Positions 10,176 through 21,166 of a stretch of DNA of 64,000 bases are shown here, piece after piece. The notes under the pieces were generated by a model, which was given only the letters and a program-made list of their open reading frames with translations, ran no database searches and was not told the DNA's origin. The first letter of the stretch is position 1. The number at the start of each line of letters is the position of its first letter. The translations under genes and the position numbers were made by a program. Location: positions 160,001 through 224,000 of the forward strand of contig CAVOVB010000001.1 in assembly GCA_963699755.1 (NCBI GenBank), written 5' to 3'. This stretch comes from an uncultured delta proteobacterium (GTDB lineage Bacteria > Myxococcota_A > Polyangia > Polyangiales > Houyiibacteriaceae).

Positions 10176-10577
10176 CTACTCGCTCCGCCGGTGGAGCGTC
10201 CGGACGTGCTTGACCAGCTCCCCAATCTGCTCTGGGGTCAGCAAGTCCCCAAACGCTGGCATCGTCGGTGGATTGCCGCGTGCGATGAGTTGCGCGATCT
10301 GTGCGTCCTCGATGCCGTCCTGCCAGGAAGCGCTCGCGAAGTTGAGCGCGACCTCCGGACCTCCACGCCCGTCCGTTCCGTGGCAACGTGCGCAGTTGCG
10401 CTGCCACAGCAAGTCGCCGATCGTGAGGTCAGGGCGTTCTTGTTGCGGCACGCGGTTGCGGTCGATTTGATTGTCGGGCAGGTGCGCGTGGTCCTCGGGC
10501 GTCCACACTCGGAGATTTTCCGGGTCGCTCGAACAGGCCGCTACGAATAGGCAGGCCACCATGATTCTTGTCAACAC
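10176..10577 (-). CDS. Monoheme cytochrome c lipoprotein
   Basis: Lipobox VAAC; CARCHG heme motif; distal Met in MPAF. Confidence 0.88.
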   Translation of the reverse strand: MLTRIMVACLFVAACSSDPENLRVWTPEDHAHLPDNQIDRNRVPQQERPDLTIGDLLWQRNCARCHGTDGRGGPEVALNFASASWQDGIEDAQIAQLIARGNPPTMPAFGDLLTPEQIGELVKHVRTLHRRSE

Positions 10578-10592
10578 CGGGCTCCCTGTAGC

Positions 10593-11666
10593 CTATCCGC
10601 CGATGAGGCTCATCCCGACGCTTTCGTGCTCGTGCTCTTCGGGTTCCAAGAAGTGATGCCCGCGATCCTTGCCGGAAAGGGACCAGACCATCGCCCAGGC
10701 AAGATCGAGCTCGCTGCCTCCGGCTCGCATGATGTCGCGCAGACTGATCGCGCGGCGCGACGCCAGGCAGGCACGGATGTCACCCCGGGCCGTGATCCGC
10801 ACCCGATTGCAGTTGTCGCAGAACTCGTCGCTGATTGGCGTGATGAAGCCAACTCGACGACCGGAGCCATCCGCCGCAACCATGTAGCGCGCCGGCCCCT
10901 GCCCTTCCACTCCCTCGGGTGCCTCGCGGGAAATGCTCGCTCCCAGGGCGTCGAGCACCTCGGCGGCGTTCATTCGCATGCTTTGCGGGAGCTTCGCACC
11001 CTCCCCGAGCGGCATGAGCTCGATGAAACGCGGCGTCGCACCGAGCGACCAGGCGAAATCAACGATGCGCCGGAGCTCGTCGTCATTGCGGCCCCGAAGG
11101 GGTACGGTGTTGAGCTTCACGTCGAGCCCTACATCGATCGCGGCGTGAATCCCGGCCAAGACGCGCCCCAAGTCGCCACCGCGCGTGAGCTCCGCAAACC
11201 TCACGGCGTCCAGCGTGTCGATCGAAACATTCACTCCGAAGAGCCCGGCGGCGCGCAGCGGACGCGCCAGCTCGGACAGTCGGGTCGCGTTGGTGGTCAT
11301 CACGAGTTGCTCGACCTCGGTGCGCCGATGTACGAGCTCCACCAATCGAACGATGTCCTTGCGCACGAGGGGCTCGCCGCCGGTGAATCGAACACGCCGA
11401 ATGCCCGCCAACGCAAAGACCGACACCAGCCGCGCGGCTTCTTCGAACGTCAGCAGCTCACGCCGAATCGCATGCTCGTCCTCCCCGCTCGGCGGCATGC
11501 AGTAGATGCATGCAAGATCGCAGCGATCGGTCACGCTGAGGCGCAGATAGGTGTATCGCCGACCGCGCGAATCGCGCAGAAGCGGGATCGCGTTGAAATC
11601 GTCGGGTCGCGCAGGCCAGTCTTCGTAGAGGGCCGACCGGCTCGGCAAAAGGGGAAGGCGGCGCAC
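10593..11666 (-). CDS. moaA: GTP 3',8-cyclase MoaA (radical SAM)
   Basis: YLRLSVTDRCDLACIYC, TGGEP, FIELMP, FCDNCNRVR, C-terminal MSLIGG. Confidence 0.95.
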   Translation of the reverse strand: MRRLPLLPSRSALYEDWPARPDDFNAIPLLRDSRGRRYTYLRLSVTDRCDLACIYCMPPSGEDEHAIRRELLTFEEAARLVSVFALAGIRRVRFTGGEPLVRKDIVRLVELVHRRTEVEQLVMTTNATRLSELARPLRAAGLFGVNVSIDTLDAVRFAELTRGGDLGRVLAGIHAAIDVGLDVKLNTVPLRGRNDDELRRIVDFAWSLGATPRFIELMPLGEGAKLPQSMRMNAAEVLDALGASISREAPEGVEGQGPARYMVAADGSGRRVGFITPISDEFCDNCNRVRITARGDIRACLASRRAISLRDIMRAGGSELDLAWAMVWSLSGKDRGHHFLEPEEHEHESVGMSLIGG

Positions 11667-11756
11667 GGTCAGAGTTTAGAGGCCGGCGCCTGTCGGTCAA
11701 CGCCTGTGCGCTCGCTTGACTTCACCTGAGCAGGGAATCAGGCTCGTGCCTTCTAC

Positions 11757-11770
11757 TGAATCACGATTCA
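11757..11770. promoter_or_regulatory. Palindromic operator candidate TGAATC-AC-GATTCA upstream of fadIJ
   Basis: Perfect 6-bp inverted repeat just before the AGGAG RBS; TTGACT (-35-like) at 11716. Confidence 0.5.
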
Positions 11771-11788
11771 TTTTCAGGAGCTCGGCGC

Positions 11789-13080
11789 ATGGAATCTAAT
11801 GGAAAGCGCGTGGCGATCGTTGCCGGACTGCGGACGCCCTTTGCGAAACAATGGTCAGCTTACCGGGAGGTCAGCGCGCTCGACCTCGCGAACATCGTGG
11901 TCTCCGAGCTCTTGCAGCGTGTAGAGCTCGACCCGATTGAAATCCAGCAGGTCGTTTACGGACAGGTGGTACCCTCGGTGGAAGCGCCGAACATCGCCCG
12001 CGAGATCGTACTCGGGACCGGCATGCCGAAGGGCATCGAGGCGTACAGCGTTTCGATGGCCTGCGCGACAGGTTATCGGTCGACCGTGAGTGTCGCCGAG
12101 GCGATCATGGCCGGTGCGATAGACACGGGCTTGGCGGGCGGCGCGGACAGCGCGAGCAACGTACCGATCACCGTTTCGAAGCGCCTCGCCGAAGCCCTCA
12201 TGGCCGCGACCAAGGCGCGCAGCATCGGCGAGCGCGCGCAGATTTTTGCAGGGTTACGTCCCCGCGACCTCGTTCCGGTGGCTCCTGCCATCGCAGAGTA
12301 CTCCACCGGCCTTTCGATGGGCGAAAGCGCCGAGAAGATGGCGAAGGAAAATCACATCAGCCGAGCGGCTCAAGATGAGTTCGCGCTCCGAAGCCACACG
12401 CTGGCGGCCGCGGCCTGGGACGAGGGCAAGCTCGACGCTGAGGTGATGGAGGTATTCGTACCGAACCGCTTTGATCAGGCTATTCGAAGGGACAACCTGG
12501 TTCGGGAGGGCGGCACGATCGAAGACTACGCGAAGCTCAAGCCAGCCTTCGACCGCAAGCACGGCACCGTCACCGCAGGCTCGAGCTCGCCGCTGACCGA
12601 CGGTGCGAGCGCATTGCTGCTCATGCGTGAAGACAAGGCCAAGGCGCAGGGCTTCGATGTCCTGGGCTTCATTCGAAGCTATGCGTTTGCCGCGCTCGAC
12701 CCAGCCGGTCAGCTTCTGATGGGTCCCGCCTATGCAACGCCAATCGCGCTCGAGCGGGCCGGCATCAAGCTGTCGGATCTGGATCTCATCGACATGCACG
12801 AGGCGTTCTCCGCCCAGATTCTGTCGAACACGCAGGCCTTCGAGTCGGTCGAATGGGCCCAGAGGCACCTCGGACGATCCGAGAAGATCGGCGACATCGA
12901 CTGGGACAAGTTCAACGTGACTGGCGGCTCGATTTCGATCGGGCATCCGTTCGCGGCCACCGGCGCGCGTCAGATCACACAGACCCTCCGCGAGCTCAAG
13001 CGGCGCGACGGTAACTTGGCCCTTTGCACCGCCTGCGCGGCGGGTGGCTTGGGCGCGGCCATGGTCTTGGAGGCAGAGTA

Positions 13081-13081
<1 letters not shown>
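11789..13081 (+). CDS. fadI: Acetyl-CoA C-acyltransferase (3-ketoacyl-CoA thiolase)
   Basis: [41 protein letters not shown]. Confidence 0.93.
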
Positions 13082-15300
<2,219 letters not shown>

Positions 15301-15467
15301 CCGTCCGATGTGTAAGGATAATTAGCCGATTCCCGAATAAGTCAGAACCTCGATTGCATGCGGCTCCCGACCTATCTATGATGGGGCTCGACCGGAGAAA
15401 TGGGAACAACCGAGCGAGGGTGGGTGTTCGTCCGTCGTATGGGGCAACCGGCAAGCAAGTACCGAAG

Positions 15468-15908
15468 ATGACGAGCGAAGCAAGCGCGCAGAAGTTGGAA
15501 AGCGCAGCCAAGACAATCGCCGAGAACCGGCCGCAGCACCGGAGCGTGCTGCTCGTCGAAAGCGACCCGGATCTACAGTGGAGCCTTGCGCGGATGCTGA
15601 CGGTCGATGGCAACCGCGTCGTGGGCACCAGCTCCGGCGATGGCGCGCTGACGGTGATCGAGCAATGGGACCCCGACTTGGCGTTGGTGGCGAGCAGCTT
15701 GCCAGGCGCGAGCGGTGTCGAGGTCGCACGGCAGCTCCGCGAGAGGAACCCCGACCTAGTGGTCATTTTGATGGGTGAAGAGCCTCTCGAGCGCGTCGTG
15801 AAGGAGCGCTCGACCGACGTCAGTGCTTATCTGGCCAAGCCTTTCCGCTTTGAAGCGCTACGCGCGCTCATCGAGTCGCTCCAACTTGCAGCGGCCCCCG
15901 CGGAGTAG
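15468..15908 (+). CDS. Single-domain response-regulator receiver, atypical (phospho-acceptor Asp absent)
   Basis: VLLVESD...PDLALVASSLPGASGVEV...YLAKPF. Confidence 0.8.
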   Translation: MTSEASAQKLESAAKTIAENRPQHRSVLLVESDPDLQWSLARMLTVDGNRVVGTSSGDGALTVIEQWDPDLALVASSLPGASGVEVARQLRERNPDLVVILMGEEPLERVVKERSTDVSAYLAKPFRFEALRALIESLQLAAAPAE

Positions 15909-15928
15909 CCCTGCTAGGCTTCCAAGGT

Positions 15929-17812
15929 GTGAGACGACTGCTCTCCGGGTTGTGTTTCGTGTTGAGCGCGTCGCTCTTGTTCGGCTCGGTGCGCTGGGGT
16001 GGTGCGATCGCCCAATCGATGCCGGGCTTCATCCACGTCGATGAAATCCGTCCTGGAATGAAGGGCTACGGCCTTTCGGTCTTTCGAGGCACCGAGCCGG
16101 AGCGCTTTGATGTCGAGGTCATCGACGTTCTTCACGAGTTCCGACCCAATCAGGACATGATCCTCATCCGGACACCCCACCCGCTTCTCGACCGGGCGCG
16201 GGGAGTGGCCGGCATGAGCGGAAGCCCCATTTACCTCGAGGGCCGCCTGGCGGGCGCCTACGCCTATGGCTGGAGCTATGGCACCGACCCTGTGGTGGGC
16301 GTGACACCCATCGCGAACATGCTCGCCGAGCTCAAGCGCCCGGTTCGTCTCGACATGTTCCCAGGAGCCCGTCCGCTCTCGAGTCGGCCGAGCGCCACAT
16401 CGACCCGACGCCTGTCCAAGGAACGGCTCGCTGGCTTGCCTCCGTTCCGCGGGGAGCACGAGGTGACCGCCCTTTCCGCCATTCGTGCGCTACAGCAAGA
16501 AAGAGCCCGCACCGAAGCACCGCTCGGCCTCAGCCGCGCCAGCACGCCGATCATGCTCGGCGGCTTGGATGAATCGGTGGCGCAGATGATCGCCAAGGAG
16601 CTCGAGCCGCTCGGTTTGGTGGCGACGCAGTCGAGCGCAGCTGGAAGCGCGAAAGGAGTCCCAAAACAGTTCGAGGCGGGAGGCGCCATTGCCGTCGAGC
16701 TCGCTCGTGGCGACATCGCCATCACTGGCGTGGGCACCGTCACCTATGTCGACAAGGGAGGCCGAACCCTCGCATTCGGGCACCCGATGATGGACGCAGG
16801 CGCCACCGGCCTTCCGACTGCAACCGCGCGTGTCGTGCACGTTCTGGTCAGCGAAATGCGGTCTTTCAAGATCGCCGAAGCGGCACAGTCGCTTGGCGCC
16901 TTGGTGCAGGATCGACAGCCAGCCATCGTCGTCGACCCAGATATCGAACCGGCGCGCGTCCCCGTGCGCGTGAAAGTGAACGGTGTCGAAGGCGCCCCGA
17001 AGACCGAGTGGCGTGTCGAGGTAGCGAGCCACCGTATGCTCACCCCGATGATCGTATTCACGGTCATCCAGAACGCGATCAAATCCACGGCCAATGACGC
17101 AACCGACGTGATCTTCAGGGCCAGGAGCAAGATCGGCATCGAAGGCCACGGCATCATCTCGCTCGACGAGCAGGGCTTCTCCCCGATGGGCGCCGCCAGC
17201 CCGGCTGTCTTTTCGCAACTTCGGATGTTTGGTTTGATGGAGGCCGCGTTTGCCAACCCCTTCGAGATCTCTCGAGTCACCTCGATCGACCTCGAGCTCG
17301 ATGTCGAAATGAGTCGCGAGGTGTTCCAGATCTCCGATGCCTCGGTCGCCTATGACGAAGTGGACCCAGGCGAAGACCTGGCGATCTACGTAAGACTACG
17401 CCGCGTAAACCAGCCCGATACGATTCGCGCGGTGAAAGTTCGCATTCCCTCGGCTGCAGCCGGACAAACCGTTCGTGTCTCGATTGTTCCAGGGAACTCC
17501 GTAGCAGTCGAACAGCCGCGCGCCGGCTCGCTCGGCGACCTGATTGAGGCGGCAAACCGACGCTATCCAGCGACCTCCTTGGTCGTCGCCCTTCAAATGC
17601 CTACGAGCGGCCTTAGCTTCGAGGGTCACGTCGTCGATTCACTGCCGGCTTCGGCGCTCAACTCGCTCCAATTCGTCAGCGGAACGGAGAACAGCAAGCC
17701 TTTCGTCACGCAGTCGCGCACGGAAATCAAGATGCAGCAGGTGGTGGTCGGCGGCGCAAACCTCGCGCTTCGCGTCCGCGAAGTCGCGCGCGACCAATCG
17801 CTCGGTGAGTAA
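15929..17812 (+). CDS. Exported SpoIVB/peptidase S55-domain protein
   Basis: Signal peptide; GMSGSP serine motif; GTVTY...AFGHP histidine motif. Confidence 0.85.
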   Translation: MRRLLSGLCFVLSASLLFGSVRWGGAIAQSMPGFIHVDEIRPGMKGYGLSVFRGTEPERFDVEVIDVLHEFRPNQDMILIRTPHPLLDRARGVAGMSGSPIYLEGRLAGAYAYGWSYGTDPVVGVTPIANMLAELKRPVRLDMFPGARPLSSRPSATSTRRLSKERLAGLPPFRGEHEVTALSAIRALQQERARTEAPLGLSRASTPIMLGGLDESVAQMIAKELEPLGLVATQSSAAGSAKGVPKQFEAGGAIAVELARGDIAITGVGTVTYVDKGGRTLAFGHPMMDAGATGLPTATARVVHVLVSEMRSFKIAEAAQSLGALVQDRQPAIVVDPDIEPARVPVRVKVNGVEGAPKTEWRVEVASHRMLTPMIVFTVIQNAIKSTANDATDVIFRARSKIGIEGHGIISLDEQGFSPMGAASPAVFSQLRMFGLMEAAFANPFEISRVTSIDLELDVEMSREVFQISDASVAYDEVDPGEDLAIYVRLRRVNQPDTIRAVKVRIPSAAAGQTVRVSIVPGNSVAVEQPRAGSLGDLIEAANRRYPATSLVVALQMPTSGLSFEGHVVDSLPASALNSLQFVSGTENSKPFVTQSRTEIKMQQVVVGGANLALRVREVARDQSLGE

Positions 17813-17819
17813 CGAAACG

Positions 17820-19844
17820 ATGAATAACCCGAAGACCATTTGGAAAATCGCCCTGCTGGGTCTGATGCTCGCCACGAGCGCGACGGTTCGCGCGGTGGGC
17901 ACCGAGAGCTTCGTGCTCGACAGTGCCGAGGCGTTCTTCGAAGGAGAGCTCGACGGCGCTGCGGTTGACTCCGACGGCTCCGTGCGGCCCGGCGCAACAA
18001 CGGAGCGAACCGCGCTCGAAAACGTGCCGCTGGCCTACAGCCTGGCTCAGAGCGGCGGCAGGACCTTCGTCGGAACCGGCACCGCGGGCACCGTTTACCG
18101 GTTCGATGGCAAGCGCGCGGAGGCGTTCGCCAAGACAGGCGAGCTGCTCGTCGCGTCGCTCGCATTTGGCAACGACGGCGCGCTCTATGCCGGCACGCTG
18201 CCCAACGGCCGGATCTACCGAATCGATCCCAAGTCGGGCAAGACGAAGCTCTTCTCGACTCCCGACGGTGCAAAGCACATCTGGGCACTTCGCTACGACA
18301 AGAAGCGTGGCCGTTTGATCGCGGGAACTGGACCCGAAGGGAAGCTGTTTGACATCGACGCGATCGGCCGCGCACGCGTCCTCCACAAGGTCCAGGCGTC
18401 GCACATCATGGCGCTCTCCGGGGACGAGAAGGGCAACATCTACGCCGGCACCAGCGACAGTGCCGTGGTTCTGCGAATCCGCCCGAACGACCGAGTAGAG
18501 GTCGTGTACGATTTCCCTGGAAACGAAGTCACCGCCATCGACTTCTACGATGGCCAACTGGCCGTGGTTTCCAACCAATTCAAGACCGCCCCCGGGACCC
18601 AGTTCAAGGCCTCGGGCGGGAACGCTGGCAACGCGGCACGCCCTCCGACCCGCCCGCGTCCGGGAAGCGGACAAGTTTGGCGCGTCGATGCCGAAGGGCA
18701 CGCCGAGATGTTGGCGAGCCGGAAAGATACCCATTTTGCCTCGGTCCAATGGGGAACCGACGGTGCGATCTATGCCGGTGGCGGACACGAGGGCCGAATC
18801 CTGCGTGTCGAGCCAGATGCGAGCTACTCGATCTGGGTCGACGTGGAGGAGCGACAGGTCCTTGCGCTGGACCTACGCGCCAAAGACCCTTCGTTCGCCA
18901 CGGGCGACGGCGCGGCGCTCTATCGAGTGAAGTCCGCAAAGCGTCGCGATGCGATTTGGACGAGCGAGCCATTGGACGCGAGCTTCGCATCCAAGTGGGG
19001 GCGGCTCACTTGGCGGGGCCGAGGTCGCTTCGTTTTCCAAACCCGCTCGGGCAATACCAAGGAGCCTGGGGAAACCTGGAGCGGCTGGTCGAAGGGCCTC
19101 AAACAGCCGGGCATCGTCTCGAGCCCGGCCGGGCGCTTCATTCAAGTCCGCGCCAAGCTCCCGAATGACGACGACGCGGTCCTTCGCGCCGTGCAGCTCT
19201 TCTACCTGCCACAGAACCAGCGCGCGCGGGTCTCGAACGTCCAAGGCAGCCGACCTCCGCTCAAGCATGCTGAGGCGCAACGGCGGCCAAATCCGCCCAC
19301 GACTCTGCTCAGCCTGAGTTGGAATGTCGATAATCCCGACAAGGATTCGTTGCGCTACCGCATCGCGTATCGCGAAGAAAGGCAGGTGGCTTGGCGCGAC
19401 ATGTTCGCTGAGGACAGCGTGCTGACCGACCCTAAGTACACTTGGGACACCGACAGCATTCCGGATGGATATTACATCGTGCGGGTCGACGCCTCCGACG
19501 AGCAGTCGAATCCGCCGGGGCTCACTTTGCACTCTAGCGCGATCTCGGAGCCTATCCTCGTCGACAACCATCCACCTCGCATCGAGGAGCTCAAGGTTCG
19601 CAACGGGCGCGTGCGCGGCCGCGTCGTGGACGAGCTCGGACCCATCGCGCGCATTCAAATGTCGATCGACGCGGGTGACTGGCGCGACGTTTTCCCAATC
19701 GACTCGCTTCTCGATGACGCCAGTGAACGCTTCGACGTCCCCCTCGGCGATCTCGTGAGCAAGGGCTACATCATCGCAATTCGGGCTTTCGATGCCTCGG
19801 GGAACCAGGCCAACCGCGAAATCACTGCAAGAACCGGCAAGTAG
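17820..19844 (+). CDS. Exported beta-propeller protein with C-terminal Fn3/Ig-like domains
   Basis: Signal peptide; repeated G.LYAGT.P.G.IY blades; C-terminal WDT...PDGYY.VRV.ASD. Starts 7 nt after the S55 gene. Confidence 0.75.
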   Translation: MNNPKTIWKIALLGLMLATSATVRAVGTESFVLDSAEAFFEGELDGAAVDSDGSVRPGATTERTALENVPLAYSLAQSGGRTFVGTGTAGTVYRFDGKRAEAFAKTGELLVASLAFGNDGALYAGTLPNGRIYRIDPKSGKTKLFSTPDGAKHIWALRYDKKRGRLIAGTGPEGKLFDIDAIGRARVLHKVQASHIMALSGDEKGNIYAGTSDSAVVLRIRPNDRVEVVYDFPGNEVTAIDFYDGQLAVVSNQFKTAPGTQFKASGGNAGNAARPPTRPRPGSGQVWRVDAEGHAEMLASRKDTHFASVQWGTDGAIYAGGGHEGRILRVEPDASYSIWVDVEERQVLALDLRAKDPSFATGDGAALYRVKSAKRRDAIWTSEPLDASFASKWGRLTWRGRGRFVFQTRSGNTKEPGETWSGWSKGLKQPGIVSSPAGRFIQVRAKLPNDDDAVLRAVQLFYLPQNQRARVSNVQGSRPPLKHAEAQRRPNPPTTLLSLSWNVDNPDKDSLRYRIAYREERQVAWRDMFAEDSVLTDPKYTWDTDSIPDGYYIVRVDASDEQSNPPGLTLHSSAISEPILVDNHPPRIEELKVRNGRVRGRVVDELGPIARIQMSIDAGDWRDVFPIDSLLDDASERFDVPLGDLVSKGYIIAIRAFDASGNQANREITARTGK

Positions 19845-19861
19845 GAGCTAGGCCGCGCTCG

Positions 19862-20914
19862 CTAGGACCGCGTGAAGCGGCCAACCTTGAGCCGATGCAT
19901 GACGGCTAGCTTCTGACGCTCCTTGTAGGCCTGGTGGCTAGCCTCGCCCGCTTCGTTCCTTTCATCGGTCGCGCGATCGAGAACTTGCAGCTCGGTCTGC
20001 ACGAAGATGGTATGCCCTAGCTCCGAAATCCCGTGCGGACCGGCGCGCAGCACCTCGTTTGGGACACGAACCGGAACGTCGGCAACGAAGTGCACGATGC
20101 GATAGCTTGGCGCCGTGAAACGGTTGTCGATCATCGAAAGCCCGTCCTCCAAGTCGAGTGGTAGCTGCAGGTTGGGAATGTGCCTTGCGAGCGCCGGCTC
20201 GGACCGGCAGTACTGGTGGAATCGCGCCAGCGTATTGGTCGACTGACCGGGAATGACGAAGTTGAAGGGTACGATGCTTCGTTGGACGTAGTTCAGAATC
20301 GGAAAGATGTCCCTGTAACTGCGGGTCACGATGCGGAACCGGACTTTGTCGTAGATTTGCGATGCGCTGACGTCGGGCTTCGAAAGAAGCTTGGTGTAGA
20401 GCGAATCCTTGTTCTTGCGCCCGCCAATGAATTCGAGGATCGGAAAGTCGCTGGCCAAGGCTGCTGCCATGACGCGGTAGACCTTCTGCTCCACCCATTG
20501 GAACACCTCTTCGTCCGCGGTCGGCAACAAGAACAAGAGCTCGCGCGCCTCCAGGTGATGGATGATGTGCATCACCTTCAGGATCGCGCAGGCGCAGATT
20601 TGCCGGTGCCCTTTTGCCGAGGCGAGCATCAAGAGGCCCACCAGATCCTTTTTGGCCACCGGTTTCGGAACCGGGAAGTCGAAGTGGCGGCGGAGATAGT
20701 CGATCGCCGCCTCCTTCACGTGCAAGACACGCGCCGTATCACTGGGGTCGTTCGGGTCGATCTCCTGCGCCCGCACAAAGGCGTAGGCCTCGTCCTCATC
20801 GGCAAAGTTGAGCCGATGCCAGTCGACCACTGACCCTCCGCGCAGAAGGACCCGGATTCCCTCGAGGTCGGCCAAGGTCAAATCGTCGAGAGTACGGAGC
20901 TCCGGAATAGGCAC
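19862..20914 (-). CDS. TIGR04552-like protein with RelA/SpoT-type nucleotidyltransferase motifs
   Basis: LLRGGSVVDWHRL; GRKNKDSLYTKLL, IYDKVRFRIV, YRIVHFV, TELQV, HQAYKERQ. GTG start at 20914 chosen by eye. Confidence 0.75.
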   Translation of the reverse strand: MPIPELRTLDDLTLADLEGIRVLLRGGSVVDWHRLNFADEDEAYAFVRAQEIDPNDPSDTARVLHVKEAAIDYLRRHFDFPVPKPVAKKDLVGLLMLASAKGHRQICACAILKVMHIIHHLEARELLFLLPTADEEVFQWVEQKVYRVMAAALASDFPILEFIGGRKNKDSLYTKLLSKPDVSASQIYDKVRFRIVTRSYRDIFPILNYVQRSIVPFNFVIPGQSTNTLARFHQYCRSEPALARHIPNLQLPLDLEDGLSMIDNRFTAPSYRIVHFVADVPVRVPNEVLRAGPHGISELGHTIFVQTELQVLDRATDERNEAGEASHQAYKERQKLAVMHRLKVGRFTRS

Positions 20915-20916
20915 GG

Positions 20917-21066
20917 TTAGGGCGCCCGCTCCAAGAGAATGGTGCCGACGAAGATGCCCACGCTGACCAGCAAGACGATCGCGTTGAGCGTAAGCCCGCC
21001 ATGACAGCCACCCATGGCCGTCAGTCCGAGCAGCCCCAGTCCCCCTATCGATCTCCGTCCCAGCAT
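20917..21066 (-). CDS. Unannotated 49-aa small membrane/lipo-protein
   Basis: Hand translation MLGRRSIGGLGLLGLTAMGGCHGGLTLNAIVLLVSVGIFVGTILLERAP*. Stop lies 2 nt before the next GTG. Confidence 0.5.
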   Translation of the reverse strand: MLGRRSIGGLGLLGLTAMGGCHGGLTLNAIVLLVSVGIFVGTILLERAP

Positions 21067-21166
21067 CTCGGGCGCCGCTTTGATACCAGCCGACTGCCAC
21101 TGGCGCTAGTGGATTGAGAAGGGTGATTGCTGGGAGTGTAGATCTCGAATATCATTGGCAAAACCA

